A DNA stretch of 64,000 bases. Origin: Geosiphon pyriformis uo1. Its lineage: Eukaryota > Fungi > Glomeromycota. The notes beneath the pieces were generated by a model. The model was not told the origin of the DNA. It made no database searches and saw nothing but the letters and a program-made list of their open reading frames with translations. Location of the stretch: contig JAAOMT010000096.1 of the NCBI GenBank assembly GCA_016748015.1, positions 515,087 through 579,086 on the forward strand. Direction: 5' to 3'. This document shows positions 52,973 through 64,000 of the stretch, piece by piece; position 1 is the first letter of the stretch, and every line of letters starts with the position of its first letter. The translations under genes and the position numbers were made by a program.

Positions 52973-55630
52973 TTACTGGATGGTAAGTCTGAAAAGAGCA
53001 TCGGCGTTTTGATGATTAGCTTCTTTGTGATGTTGAATGTTATAGTCGAATTCATCCAAGTGGAGTATTCAGTGAGTTATCCATTTATGTTCCAGGTTTT
53101 TTTTGTTGTGTAGCCAAACCAAAGCTTGGTGATTTGTTACCACCAAAAATTTCACACCTTTAAGATATTTGTCCCAGTAGCTGGTAGTGCAAACTACTGC
53201 TAAGCATTCCTGCTTAGTAACTGAGTAGTTTTTTTCTGCTGGTGTGTGAGTTCTACTGACATATGCTATGGTATGTTCTCTGTTATCTTCATCTTTCTGA
53301 GAAAGAACAGCACCAAGTCCATAACCAGATGCATCAGTGTAGAGGATAAAAAGTTGATCCAGATTAGGTTGTATAAGAATGGGTTCTGTAATCAGTTTTT
53401 CTTTCAGAATTTCAAATGCTTTTTGTTGATGAGTGCTCCAGTGATAATTGATGTTTTTTCTAAGTAGCTGATTGAGAGGAGTGGCAATTTTGGAGAAATT
53501 CTTGACAAACTTGCGATAATAAGAGGCCAAACCAAGAAAAGAGCATAGTTCATGAACATTTATTGGTTGTCTAATGTTTTGAACTTTTTCAATTTTGGCT
53601 GGATCAGGGAAGATTCCATCTTTTATAATAAGATGGCCAAGGAACTGGGTGGATTGACATCCAAAGAATGATTTAATTGGATTGATTTTGAGGCCAGCAT
53701 TTCTAAGGAGGTCAAAAACCTTTTGCAAATGTTCAAGATGTTCATCTCAGGTTTTTGAGTATACCATTATGTTGTCCAAGTAGACTAGAACAAAGTTTTT
53801 TTTTACTGATTCAAATACTTTGTCCATTAAGCGTTGAAAGGTGGAAGGAGCATTTGTGAGACCAAAAGGCATGATTGTGAATTTGTAGGTGCCATACTTG
53901 GTAATGAAGGCAGTTTTCTTTTTGCTTTCTGGATCCATCTCTACTTGCCAGAATCCAGCAGTTAAGTCAATGGTTGAGAAGAAAGCAGCACCATGGAATT
54001 GGTCTAGCATTGCATCAATCTTGAGAAGTGGGTACATGTCTCTTTCAGTAATGGCATTTAATTGGCAATAGTCAACACAAAAGCATAGGGTTCCTTCTTT
54101 CTTGGATACCACTACAACTGGGAATGCCCATTTACTCTTGGTTTCCTGTATGAATCTAAGGTTTTTCATTCGGTTTATTTCTTTTTTGATAAACTCATCA
54201 TTGTGCCAGTTGGATTGATAGGGCTTCAAATAGATGGGGTGAGTTTTTCTGGTGATAATGGTGTGTTGTATCACATGTGTACATCCAGGAGGTTCACTTT
54301 CTTTTGAGATAACTGGGCTATTTCTAGCCAGCAGGTTTTCAATGTCTATCTTTCTTTCTTCTGGAAAGAGTTCTCTTTGTTCTACAACCAGTGATTGGAT
54401 TTCAGGTAGTTTGTTTTCAAAGGACTTTTGGACTTCTTTTATTTCTTCACGGGGTATCAAGCTGATTGGTTCCCAATCTTTGTAATAGATCAGGCAGGAC
54501 ATGCATTCATCGCTAGGAGAATACAATGGTTTGTTGCACCAGCACCAGGCACAAAGACCATGCCACCAATAACTGTATTTGGCTTTCTTGTCTGGCTTTC
54601 TGTCAAAGGTTTTTCTGAGCATGTCATAATAAGGCCAGCAGATCAGCTTGCCATTGACAATGATTCTTTCTTTATTTGCCTTGACATTATCCAATGGTTT
54701 GCCATTGCTGGTAAAAATGGTATAGGTGAGTTCAGTAGTTTCTTTTTGTTCTTTTTCTTTCTCACTTTCTTCATCATCTGATTCATCTGATTCATTTTCT
54801 TCTGGGCTCTGCTTGGGTACTGGGGGAGTTGTCCAATGGCGACACTTAACCACAATGGGTTTCTCACCACATCTGATGGTTAGTTTACAAAGTTTATAAT
54901 CAAGCAAAGCTTTTGCTTTCTTGAGCCATTCATTGCCAACAATGATGGTGTATTCTTTCACTTCAGATACTTCCATATTAGTTTCAATGCTGATGTCATT
55001 GATGCAGACAGGAATAGCTTTGGCTATGCCAAGCCCTTTCTTCTTATCACCATGCACATTGGTCATTGGTCATGTGAATGGTTTATCAATTTTTCTGCCA
55101 ATTGCTTCAAGAAAGTGTTTGGCAATAACACTAACAGATGATCTACTGTCTAGGATCAAATCAATAAAGTAGCCAGCCACTTGGGCTTTACAAATTAGAG
55201 AAGTAACATTGCTATTGTCAGCAAGTCCAGCTTGGCAAGGGCATTTGTTGGTTTTGGGTGTCTTTTTCTTTGGAATTAGAGATTTGCAAAGATTTTTTCT
55301 GAATTGTGAATGGGTCATCAATTGGCCAAAGGTTATATGTGCTGGGGTTTCTATAAAGTCTTTGACAACAGAATAGGGGCCGAATTTTTGTACTATTTCT
55401 GGGGGTTTCAACTTTGGAGGGTTTTTGAAAACTTTGGCTTTTGGGGGCTTATTGTTGTCAGCAGTTGATGTAGAAGCTTTATTGGGATCCAGAACAAAAT
55501 CAACTTTGGCTTTCTTCTTCTTTCTTGTGAATTCAGAGAGGTTGGTTGCTAGTTCATTCATGTCATGGTCATCATCAGTTAAGTTAAAAGTGAAAAAAGG
55601 GTTTTCTTCTGGTTGGCTTGCACTCTCACC
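52973..55630 (-). pseudogene. PR - Cys-rich insert - RT - RNase H of element C
   Basis: LILDSRSS (protease, G-to-R change); CVDY..LN; DLTAGFWQV; MPFGLTNAPSTFQ; VYLDN (YLDD decayed); TDASGYGLGAVL; NADALFRL followed by a stop. Confidence 0.95.
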
Positions 55631-55644
55631 CTTTGGAGATGTGC

Positions 55645-57199
55645 CTACCAGTTTAAAGGCTGATAAACAGTGGCTTCAACCAGGGGATCCTCTCCAAAAA
55701 AATTGATGTTGGCATGATTGGGTCTTTGGTTGGGCACATTGTTGTTGTTGGGTCTGTTGTTCTGAGCATCATTGTTTCTGGGAACTGGTGGAGGCAGTGG
55801 AGGATTGTTGCAATCTCTTGAAAAGTGTCCAGTTAATCCACAGCGATAGCATACAGATGGGCCACAATTTTGTTGTCTTTGATAAGGTGGTTGCTGGGAC
55901 TGATTGAAGCGTGGTTCAAATCTGGGTCTTTGTGGTTGTTGATTTTTTTTGACTGCTTGGGCTAAGGGTTCTAATAACCAGGCAAGATTTGCTGTGAGTC
56001 TGTCTATTAACTGTTCATTTGGGATCTTGAGTGTGAGTGGCAAAAGAAGTAACAGCCATTTGAGGGGCAGGGGCCATGACAGAAGCAGAAGCAAAAACTG
56101 GTAGTGTAGATCCCAAGTGCATCCTTTGGTTATCTTCAATTCTTTGTGCTAATTCAATGGCCATATCCATGGTGGAATTATCTTTCAGGGCCAGGAGGAG
56201 CCAAAGAGCATATGATAGATCAGTTCTCAATCTTTTTGTGAAGGAGTGAATTTTCTGCTCTTCTGTCTAATTTCTCCCAGAGTCTATACGTTTGATTAGC
56301 TTTCTAATAGCCTTGGCATATTCAGTCACTACTTTTCCAGAACCTTGGGTTCTTCTTTCCAATTCCATGCACCATTTTGATATTAATATTGGGGTTCTGA
56401 ACTTGGTCTCAAATCGAGTAGTGAAAGAGGTATTTTCTTCTCCAGCATTGAGTGGTGTCCATCTAATTATTCTGTGTTGAGCATTGGCATCTGTTTCTTG
56501 TGAGAACCAGGTAGTAGAAGAGCCTTGGAGGTAGCCACCAATGATTTGGAACTTGTATTCTTCATCATACTGGTTGGCTGTGGCAGCTCTCTCAAAATCA
56601 TCCAACCATTCAATTGGATCTTGTGTATTACCTCTAAATAGTGGTAGTGGGATATTGTTTCTTCTTCCTAAAGCAGTTTGTATACCTTGAAGGGCGGCCA
56701 GAATGTTTGCTTGCATGGGGTCATTAGCCATTGGTTTAGGGATAACTGTTTGTGTAGACAAGTCTGATTCACTTGATAAAAGATCAAAAACAGGGGCAGT
56801 TTGGTAACTTTCTTCTTCTGTTTCAAAGGGAGTTTCAGTTGCTTGATGGGCAGCAATCCAAATGTGGATTTGATGATTCAGATATTCGAAATCAGGAGAC
56901 TGTTGTTCAAAGATTGCAGAATATAAGAGTTGATTAATACTGTTGTTTCTTTCTTCAAAGTCATTTTCAAAATAAGCTTGGTCAAAGTAATAGGTCATAT
57001 AAGCTGTGTAGATTTCAGCTGAATGCTCATTCAGAAACCAGTTCCAAAAGTTTTGGAATTGTCTACTGGATTGTTTTTCAAGAGAAAAACAGATCAAACA
57101 GGAGGGCAGAGAATTAAGTTCAATGAAATTTAGATCGTTTCTATTGTGTGCTTCAAAGTGTTCTTTTGATTGCTGTGGCAGATATGAGTAATTATCCAT
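55645..57199 (-). pseudogene. Gag of element C with a CCHC nucleocapsid knuckle
   Basis: ORFs 56267-57199, 56015-56230 and 55645-56139; DPIEWLDDFERAATANQY; CYRCGLTGHFSRDC; one stop and one +1 frameshift near 56020. Confidence 0.92.
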
Positions 57200-57251
57200 A
57201 CAATGAGGAAATAAGTGAATTTTGACAACCTCACAGAGAGCACCACTTTTA

Positions 57252-57989
57252 TGTTACGGGTTGGAGTAACAAGCTAACGGATAGCAAGGGAGAACAGTAT
57301 TATATGGTGATGGAAATAAACAAAGAGGGAATTACAATAAGGGAGCGAATTGAATAAGTAGGAATTCAATGTGCGTGATCAGTCTCATAAAAATCACAGT
57401 CACTAATCTTTTCTTAAATCTGAAGGTAGAGGAATAGTCCATGATTGTCAACAAGATAACACCGCTGCTATTATTCTATGCCTCAACTTGGCGATTATTA
57501 GAATCAATAACAGGTATCATTGTGCTTTTCAATTATTTCTTTATTCAATGAATTACAAGAGCAAACTAATTGCTTCTCAGGCTAATTTTAACAAATACAA
57601 ATCAAAAAGGGGAAAAGATAAGGTATGTAAATACTAACAAGTAGATACTTGAAGATAAGGAAAGGGGAATAAGCGATTATGAAAGGAAGTAATTGATATT
57701 GTTTGTTTTGTTACTTTGATCATGTCTTTCTATAGCTAAGGGAATTATCATTTATATAGCTATCTAAAGTGGTCAATGACCAGGTCAATGATCAGATTAA
57801 TGATTAGGTCAATGATCAGGTCAACAATCAGATCATTAATCAAGTCAATGATTAGGTTAATGATTAGGTCAACGGTCAAGTCATTGATCAGATCAACAAT
57901 CACTATCTAAAAATAGGGTGGCTAATTATATGACATCAGTGGCTAATACATGTGATAACTAATAAAAACTATGGGTTTTAACTGTAACA
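57252..57989 (-). repeat. 5' LTR of element C (738 bp) containing a 12-bp tandem array at about 57770-57900
   Basis: Paired LTR; repeat unit GGTCAATGATCA. Confidence 0.95.
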
Positions 57990-60900
57990 ATATTATTAAA
58001 AGCTGGAATACACTTTAAAGCTAAAACAATTGTCTATAATTCTGCTATTATAAAAGACATTAAATCACTAATTTTGACACTAATACTTAAATCCAGATCA
58101 GCAAAAAATACAGCTACACCACACTTCATATCATGTGTATCTAAGTTTTTTAGAAATCTATTTGTGTAGACATTAATATTATCCAAATTAACACCAAAAA
58201 AATATTATTTTACTGTAAAAAATTCATCAGTACCAAAAACATTTAAAAGTCAAAAGACACTAATAAGTAACTGGACAGCAGAATAAGAAGTAAGATTGAC
58301 TAAGTAACTATATGTTAACTTAAACCAAAAAAAACTGGATCCCTAAGATTAAGTTTTTTCTAATAACAAAAACTCTTCTAATTAAATATTGACCCCTTTT
58401 TATTATACAATTGTTTAATAAAAACCATACCAAATTTTTTAAGTAAATAAAAACCATTATAGAATATTATATTTCCCAAAACAAAAGACATAAAAATACT
58501 ATCAGAAAAATAAAATGCAGAAGAAAAACAATTAGTAAGAGAAATATTATAATCCAAAAAAATTTTTACCACACCAGCCAAAAAATTGTTAAGCAAATTA
58601 ATCTTCAACTTTACAGAATATTGTAAAAAATAAATGGAAAACCAACTCAAAATCTGCAAATCTAAAAACTTATAATCAAAAAAATAATTAAAAACACTAC
58701 CAGCATTCAAAAAACTTAATATAAAAGTTAATTTATTCTCTATTTGCACTTGTTTAAATAATTTTAAGCTATATAAAGACAAATAATAAAAAGTCTTATT
58801 AGAAAAATTCTTAGATAAATCAGCTTTTATTCTTAAATTTTTCCTAATTAGTGTATTCTATTTGTTATATACATTTTTAGAAACAAAACTAAACTGGATT
58901 CTATAACCAACAATAAATTAAAGCACAACTAAAACTAAATAAAGAAACTGCTTGTCCAAAATAGTTTTTTCCAAAACTTTATTGGCAAAAAACCTGATAT
59001 TTAAATAAGTTTTTTTCAAATTAGATCTGGATAAATCTTTAAAAGAAAAAAAAATACCAAAATATCTATAAGACTCTTTATTCTGTGCTATAAAAATTGG
59101 CAGACTACTGATGAATAATAAAGCATCCCTAATATTTTGATTGATAAAAATAGTTACTGTTTTTTTATTATTGATTAAAATGTTATTAATATTAAAAAAC
59201 TTACTTATAATATTCAAAATATATTAAGTAACAGTCTAATTATCTTCTACTCAAATTGTGTTATTAATAAAAGCACCAGTTGTCAAAAATAAAGTCAACC
59301 CATCTTGGTTTTTTATTTTGTCAATTTTGGCTATAAACTTAATATTAATATGGTAATTACATAAGTTCTTATGTTTTTTGACTTTATATAAGATAAGATT
59401 ATAGAAAATTCTTCAGAGCAAAGGAGAAAAAATTTTACTCTGATCCAAATTATTATGTACTTAGTACTTATTAGTTAATCTATAATCAGTCATAATTCAG
59501 TTAATTTTATTATTGTGAATACCTCCAAAGAACCTAATAAATTATTCACATATTTTAATTCAAACTAAACTATTTTTTAAATGATGCCAACCAACAGAAT
59601 TATAGGTCTTTTGCATATTCTATAAAACCAGCCAAAATTTATAACTTTTTTTTAAAGCATCTTCAATCATTAAACCAACTGCAAAAATAGAAAACTAGGT
59701 AGTAATGCTCTTTAATACAAAAAAATTGTCATCATAAAAAACATCAAATCTATTACAGACCAAGGAAATTTTATCAGAAAGTATCTTAAAAAGAATCTTT
59801 TAAGTAGTTTTAATTAATACAATCAGTTTGGTATTAGTTAAACTATTTTTTTATTCATCAAGTTTAGAAATTATTAATATCTAAGTTTTCTTCCAAAGTT
59901 AAGGTACAGATTTATGCAATAAACAAAAGTTCAAAAGATCTAAAAACATAATGAAAACAAAATTATTACAATATTTTTATAGCTTATTTGTAATACTAGA
60001 CAAACCAGCAGTCTTTTTATTAAACAGGTCTTTAATTATATGTATTATATTATTATAATTAATAATATCTATAATATAAAAAAAAGCAGTATTATTAACA
60101 TAAATCAATGGTAAATATTATAATATTACAGATTAGAAATATTGTCTAATACCAATCTTTTCTTTGTCCAACTTTGCATAATTACATTAATATTAAATTT
60201 AATTTTAACAAGATTCAGAACCAATTTATCATCAACAACCAAATAATTCAACACAATTTTCCAAAAAAAATGCTTTAATACACTTCTAATTATGTAACTT
60301 TTATTAATAACAAAGCTCTCTATTTATTTATTAATAGCAGATTTGATATATAACTCTTTAGTCTTTAGTGATTTAACAAGTTTAAAGACATAATATAATT
60401 TTTTTATAACAAAAAAAAACAGATCTTATACAATTAAAATCCAACAAAATCTGAACATTTAAAGCTTTGTCATTGTTTAAAGACAACTAGTGGCTCATTA
60501 AAAAAACAAACTCATTACCAGATTTATTATATAACAATTTGGTAATTTTTGATATCAACAATTTTAATTTATAAAACCTGAAAAATTCTCCAATGAAAAC
60601 ACCATCAAACTTTTTGACCCATTATTTTTTAAACACCTCATTGACTAATAAATACACTACTTTACAAATAATATTTTACATTGTATCCAAATCTGAGAAT
60701 TTCTTAGATGTAATAAATTTATCAGAAAACATAGTGGCATTGATCATTATAGCATTCTTAAAGTTATTTCATTTAGTATTATTAATACCTTTAAAATCAA
60801 ATTTCTAGCAGTTTCTATTTGTTTATTTAGGAAAAAAATTCAACAAATCTTTCAAACTTATAGAAATAAACACAATTTAATGATTAGTGTTAAAATGCTT

Positions 60901-62039
60901 CTTAATATTTAAAATATTATGACTTATTACTATATTAATTAAATTTAAAAAAACAAATATAAAATTAATTGTTTTTTCAACATCTCTAGAATTAGACCAT
61001 ATTGAGGTTTTTACAATTAAGTTTTCTGCCAAAAAATTTATTAGCCCCAAATTAAGGCACTTTTTAAAACTAACACATTTACAAAAATCATCTTTATTAA
61101 AATTATTACTTAAAATCACAAATAAAGTTTTGTTTATAGTCTTAGCAATTAGTAAATTGACTTTTCTAGCTTGAGCCAAGTATGTTGCCAAAGTGGCACC
61201 AACATACAGCCCCAAAATTGAAATAGAGAGTTTATTCTTAAAAAACAGTTTAATAAACAAAAGTTTACTAGCAATCTCTAAAATTTTGTATACATATTTT
61301 GCTAAACTAATGTTTATAATAACTGTAATATCAGAACCTAAATAACCAAAACCTAAATGACTAGACTTCAAACTAAAAGTAAACATTTGAATACTATTAA
61401 ACTTGTTTATAATCTACAAACAAATCTTTTCTTTTAATTTTGTCTTAGTAACAATAAAAATCAAATTGTTCATTTCTCTATGCTTACAAATAATATCCTC
61501 TTGCTTTACAAAATTGTTCATATTTTTAACATTGCATATAGCAAATTTCTAGATTAAATCAGTTATTGTTAAGGAAAAATGTTTAAACCCAAACTTTTAT
61601 TGTTTACTTTGACTAGCAAACTCATAATCATATCTGATAAATTGTTCATTTTTTCGTTAAATTCCTTGACAATTATTTAATTTTAAGATTTTACTTTTAT
61701 TATAATCTTACTACTAATGACTACACCTAAACTTTTACTTATCACTATATTTACCCTTTAATTTTGTGATAAAAAGATCACTAATAACTAACATTTAAGA
61801 TTAGGCTAAAAAATTATTAATCTAAGTACATCTAATCTTTTAGCTAACTTTTTGACTTGTTCTATAAGGTTAACAAAACTGCTCTTAAGAATGGCAAACC
61901 TATTATTTATGTCTAAAGAAATCAGTAGAAGAGATTTAGTATTTAAAAATAAACCAATATTAGAAAAAACCAAAGGCACCACATAAAAAATAGAACCATT
62001 AGCAATTTGAGCTCAAGTCTTCTCACCAAATGAAACTGG

Positions 62040-62456
62040 TATTACTTTTAGAATATAGGAAGTATAGTAGTATATAAATTAGCCAATCGGAAGTAGTTAT
62101 AGTAAATATGGAATTCCAGGATTCTCATATGAAAAATTGCAGGATTCCAAAATTCCAGAATTTTTTTCAAAAGAATTGTAGAATTTCTGGTGTAAAAAAT
62201 TAAGGAATTGAAGAATCTTAATTATGTATATATAATAGTAGCATTAAAAGTAGAAAAAACAGACCTTTTAGTTTAGATTTTATCTAAGCAATCTTTCAAT
62301 TTACAAATATCAATAAATAATTATTTGTTATCTCAATTTACTTTCCACTATCAACATGAAGTGTTAATAGTAATTGATACTTAACCATACTAGAACAATA
62401 GCTCTTGATCACAGCTATTGATAGAATACTAACATTTATTGTCTTGGCTTATTTCT

Positions 62457-62506
<50 letters not shown>

Positions 62507-63055
62507 CTGACTANNNNNNNNNNNNNNNNNNNNGCTTATTTTTTTTTTTTTTTCTTTTTTTTTTTCTTTTTTTATTCTGTTATTTTTATTGCTGACTAAT
62601 TAATTAAAGATTAAAGTGCTGAGTTATTAATGTCAAGAATTGTTTGATAAAAGATCTTTGCAAGTAAGTAAAACATGTAAGAAATACAGATTGCTTATTA
62701 GAGAATTGCCAGCCACCAAGCTAAGAAAAAAATTCATAGAATTATAATTCTGGAAGACTATAGAAAACAACTATTAAATCTCTGTCTATTATACAAAGAA
62801 CTCAACCAAAACCTTTAGACAATCAAAACTTTCAGATCATAATAATCATATCAACTATTAGCACCAAATTATAAGTTTGTTATTTGTTTCAGCACTCCAA
62901 ATAATTACCTGTAACATTTGGTGCTTTTTGTGAAGTATAATCTTACAAAGAACCAGTACCAATACACAACCATCCAAAAATAACAGAATCAGAAAGAATA
63001 AGGACAAACCATTTAGGATTTACCAAATCCTTATTCCAAATTATTTATGGATTTA
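62040..63055 (+). mobile_element. Family A 5' LTR (62040-62916), PBS and gag start
   Basis: Ends TGTAACA followed by TTTGGTGCTTTTTGTGAAG; homologous to 31543-32516. Confidence 0.85.
62514..62533. other. Assembly gap (20 N) within a poly-T tract
   Basis: Run of N; GCTTATTT plus poly-T appears on both sides, which suggests a duplicated contig overlap. Confidence 0.95.
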
Positions 63056-64000
63056 CTATTTAAAAAAAAATATTCAGAATATTATAATGTGATCAAAAAG
63101 CCAAGATCTTTAAACATAATTGAAATTGGTATTATGTATTTCTTTTCTATTAGTTATTTAACACTTAACATATATTTTCTATATTATATCAATAAAAAAT
63201 TTAAAAAGAATATTATTCATTTATGAATTCAATTAGGACTTGCAATTAATTTTAAAAATATTATGTATTTAATAATGATTTACACATTTTTAAAAATGCC
63301 AAATTCTTATAAGTAAGAAGTTTATTAGGTTTTTAGAAAAAAATCTGGGTTTTATCTACTTGAATTAATATGTTTTATACATTTTTTGCATTAAAACAAA
63401 CTTATTAAAAAATGTACAATACTAATAAAAAAAGCTATTTAAGGTTATAGACTTTAAGACAACTTTGGTTTTCTTAATTAAAATAAAGCCAAAGATCTTT
63501 TAATTCTAATCTGATTTTCCTAAATTAATACCAATTAATATAAGTTTTTTAATTATTATGATAAACTATTATATATCACATTTTAATAAGTTGTTGAAAT
63601 ATTCAATAATCAAAATTTTTTTTACAGTCTAAGAAACTAATTCTAAAATTAGATCATAATTTGGTCAAATATACAATAGATATTTTAGTCATTATATTTT
63701 TCTTTGATATAATTTATTATTTAAATATTAAATTTAACCAGAAATTTTTATTATAAGAATTTCATATATTTCTTAAATCCAAGCAATTTTTTGAAATACA
63801 ATATTATGATTATTGAAAAGTTATTTGTGAATTCAAAATAAGTATTTACATTATAATAAAAATAATACTGGTCAAAATTTTCAAAGTTTTTTACTGTTTT
63901 TTGTCTTTTATATATTGCAAAAACAGTTGGTGAGTTCTTTTTTTTTAAATCTGATCAAGTTAATTTTTAATCATAAATATTACTTTTATGTTTTATATTT

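Larger units (their letters stand above)
50261..57989 (-). mobile_element. Full-length Ty3/gypsy family C element with a 4-bp TSD (ATAT); the least decayed large element in the window
   Basis: LTRs at 50261-50926 and 57252-57989; PBS TGGTGCTCTCTGTGAGG at about 57229-57245; PPT GGAAAGGATGA at 50927-50937; order gag, PR, RT, RH, IN; scattered premature stops. Confidence 0.96.
48480..62039 (-). mobile_element. Decayed LINE interrupted by solo LTR B (48809-49781) and gypsy element C (50261-57989)
   Basis: Endonuclease ORF 60877-61386, RT-region ORFs 58918-59217 and 58378-58782. RNase H reads in frame across element C once one TSD is removed (CIPAFNNIKMYSD). Confidence 0.8.

Noticed and set aside
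62405-62599. Poly-Phe ORF
   Set aside because: Poly-T tract of an LTR spanning an N gap.
63060-64000. Possible further decayed retroelement coding remnant (10500-12100 is similar)
   Set aside because: Too eroded to assign a family or boundaries by eye.

Overview
Very AT-rich eukaryotic (fungal) genomic DNA. The intron style and repeat families suggest an early-diverging fungus, probably Glomeromycotina; the LINE ORF1 and gypsy Gag sequences resemble Geosiphon-type repeats from memory (not searched). There are two CpG-containing host-gene islands. The first (about 1-5.15 kb) holds a 6-exon mitoribosomal mS45/MRPS35 gene head-to-head with an 8-exon coiled-coil gene that resembles the meiotic axis protein SYCP3. 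The second (about 39.4-40.8 kb) holds a 3-exon metazoan-type eIF4E-binding protein (4E-BP) with a TOS motif. Almost everything else is nested, C-to-T-decayed transposons: RNase H-bearing LINEs, one hAT DNA transposon and three Ty3/gypsy LTR families, called A, B and C here. The two near-complete gypsy elements (B 21683-31542, C 50261-57989) share an unusual layout. RT-RNase H ends in a stop codon, integrase appears to be a separate ORF, and a related non-env accessory ORF runs through the PPT into the 3' LTR. Element B also carries a dUTPase. Family A LTRs can fold a hairpin that pairs a tRNA-3'-end-like sequence onto their own PBS. Gene models and alignments were made by eye, and boundaries of decayed repeats are approximate.
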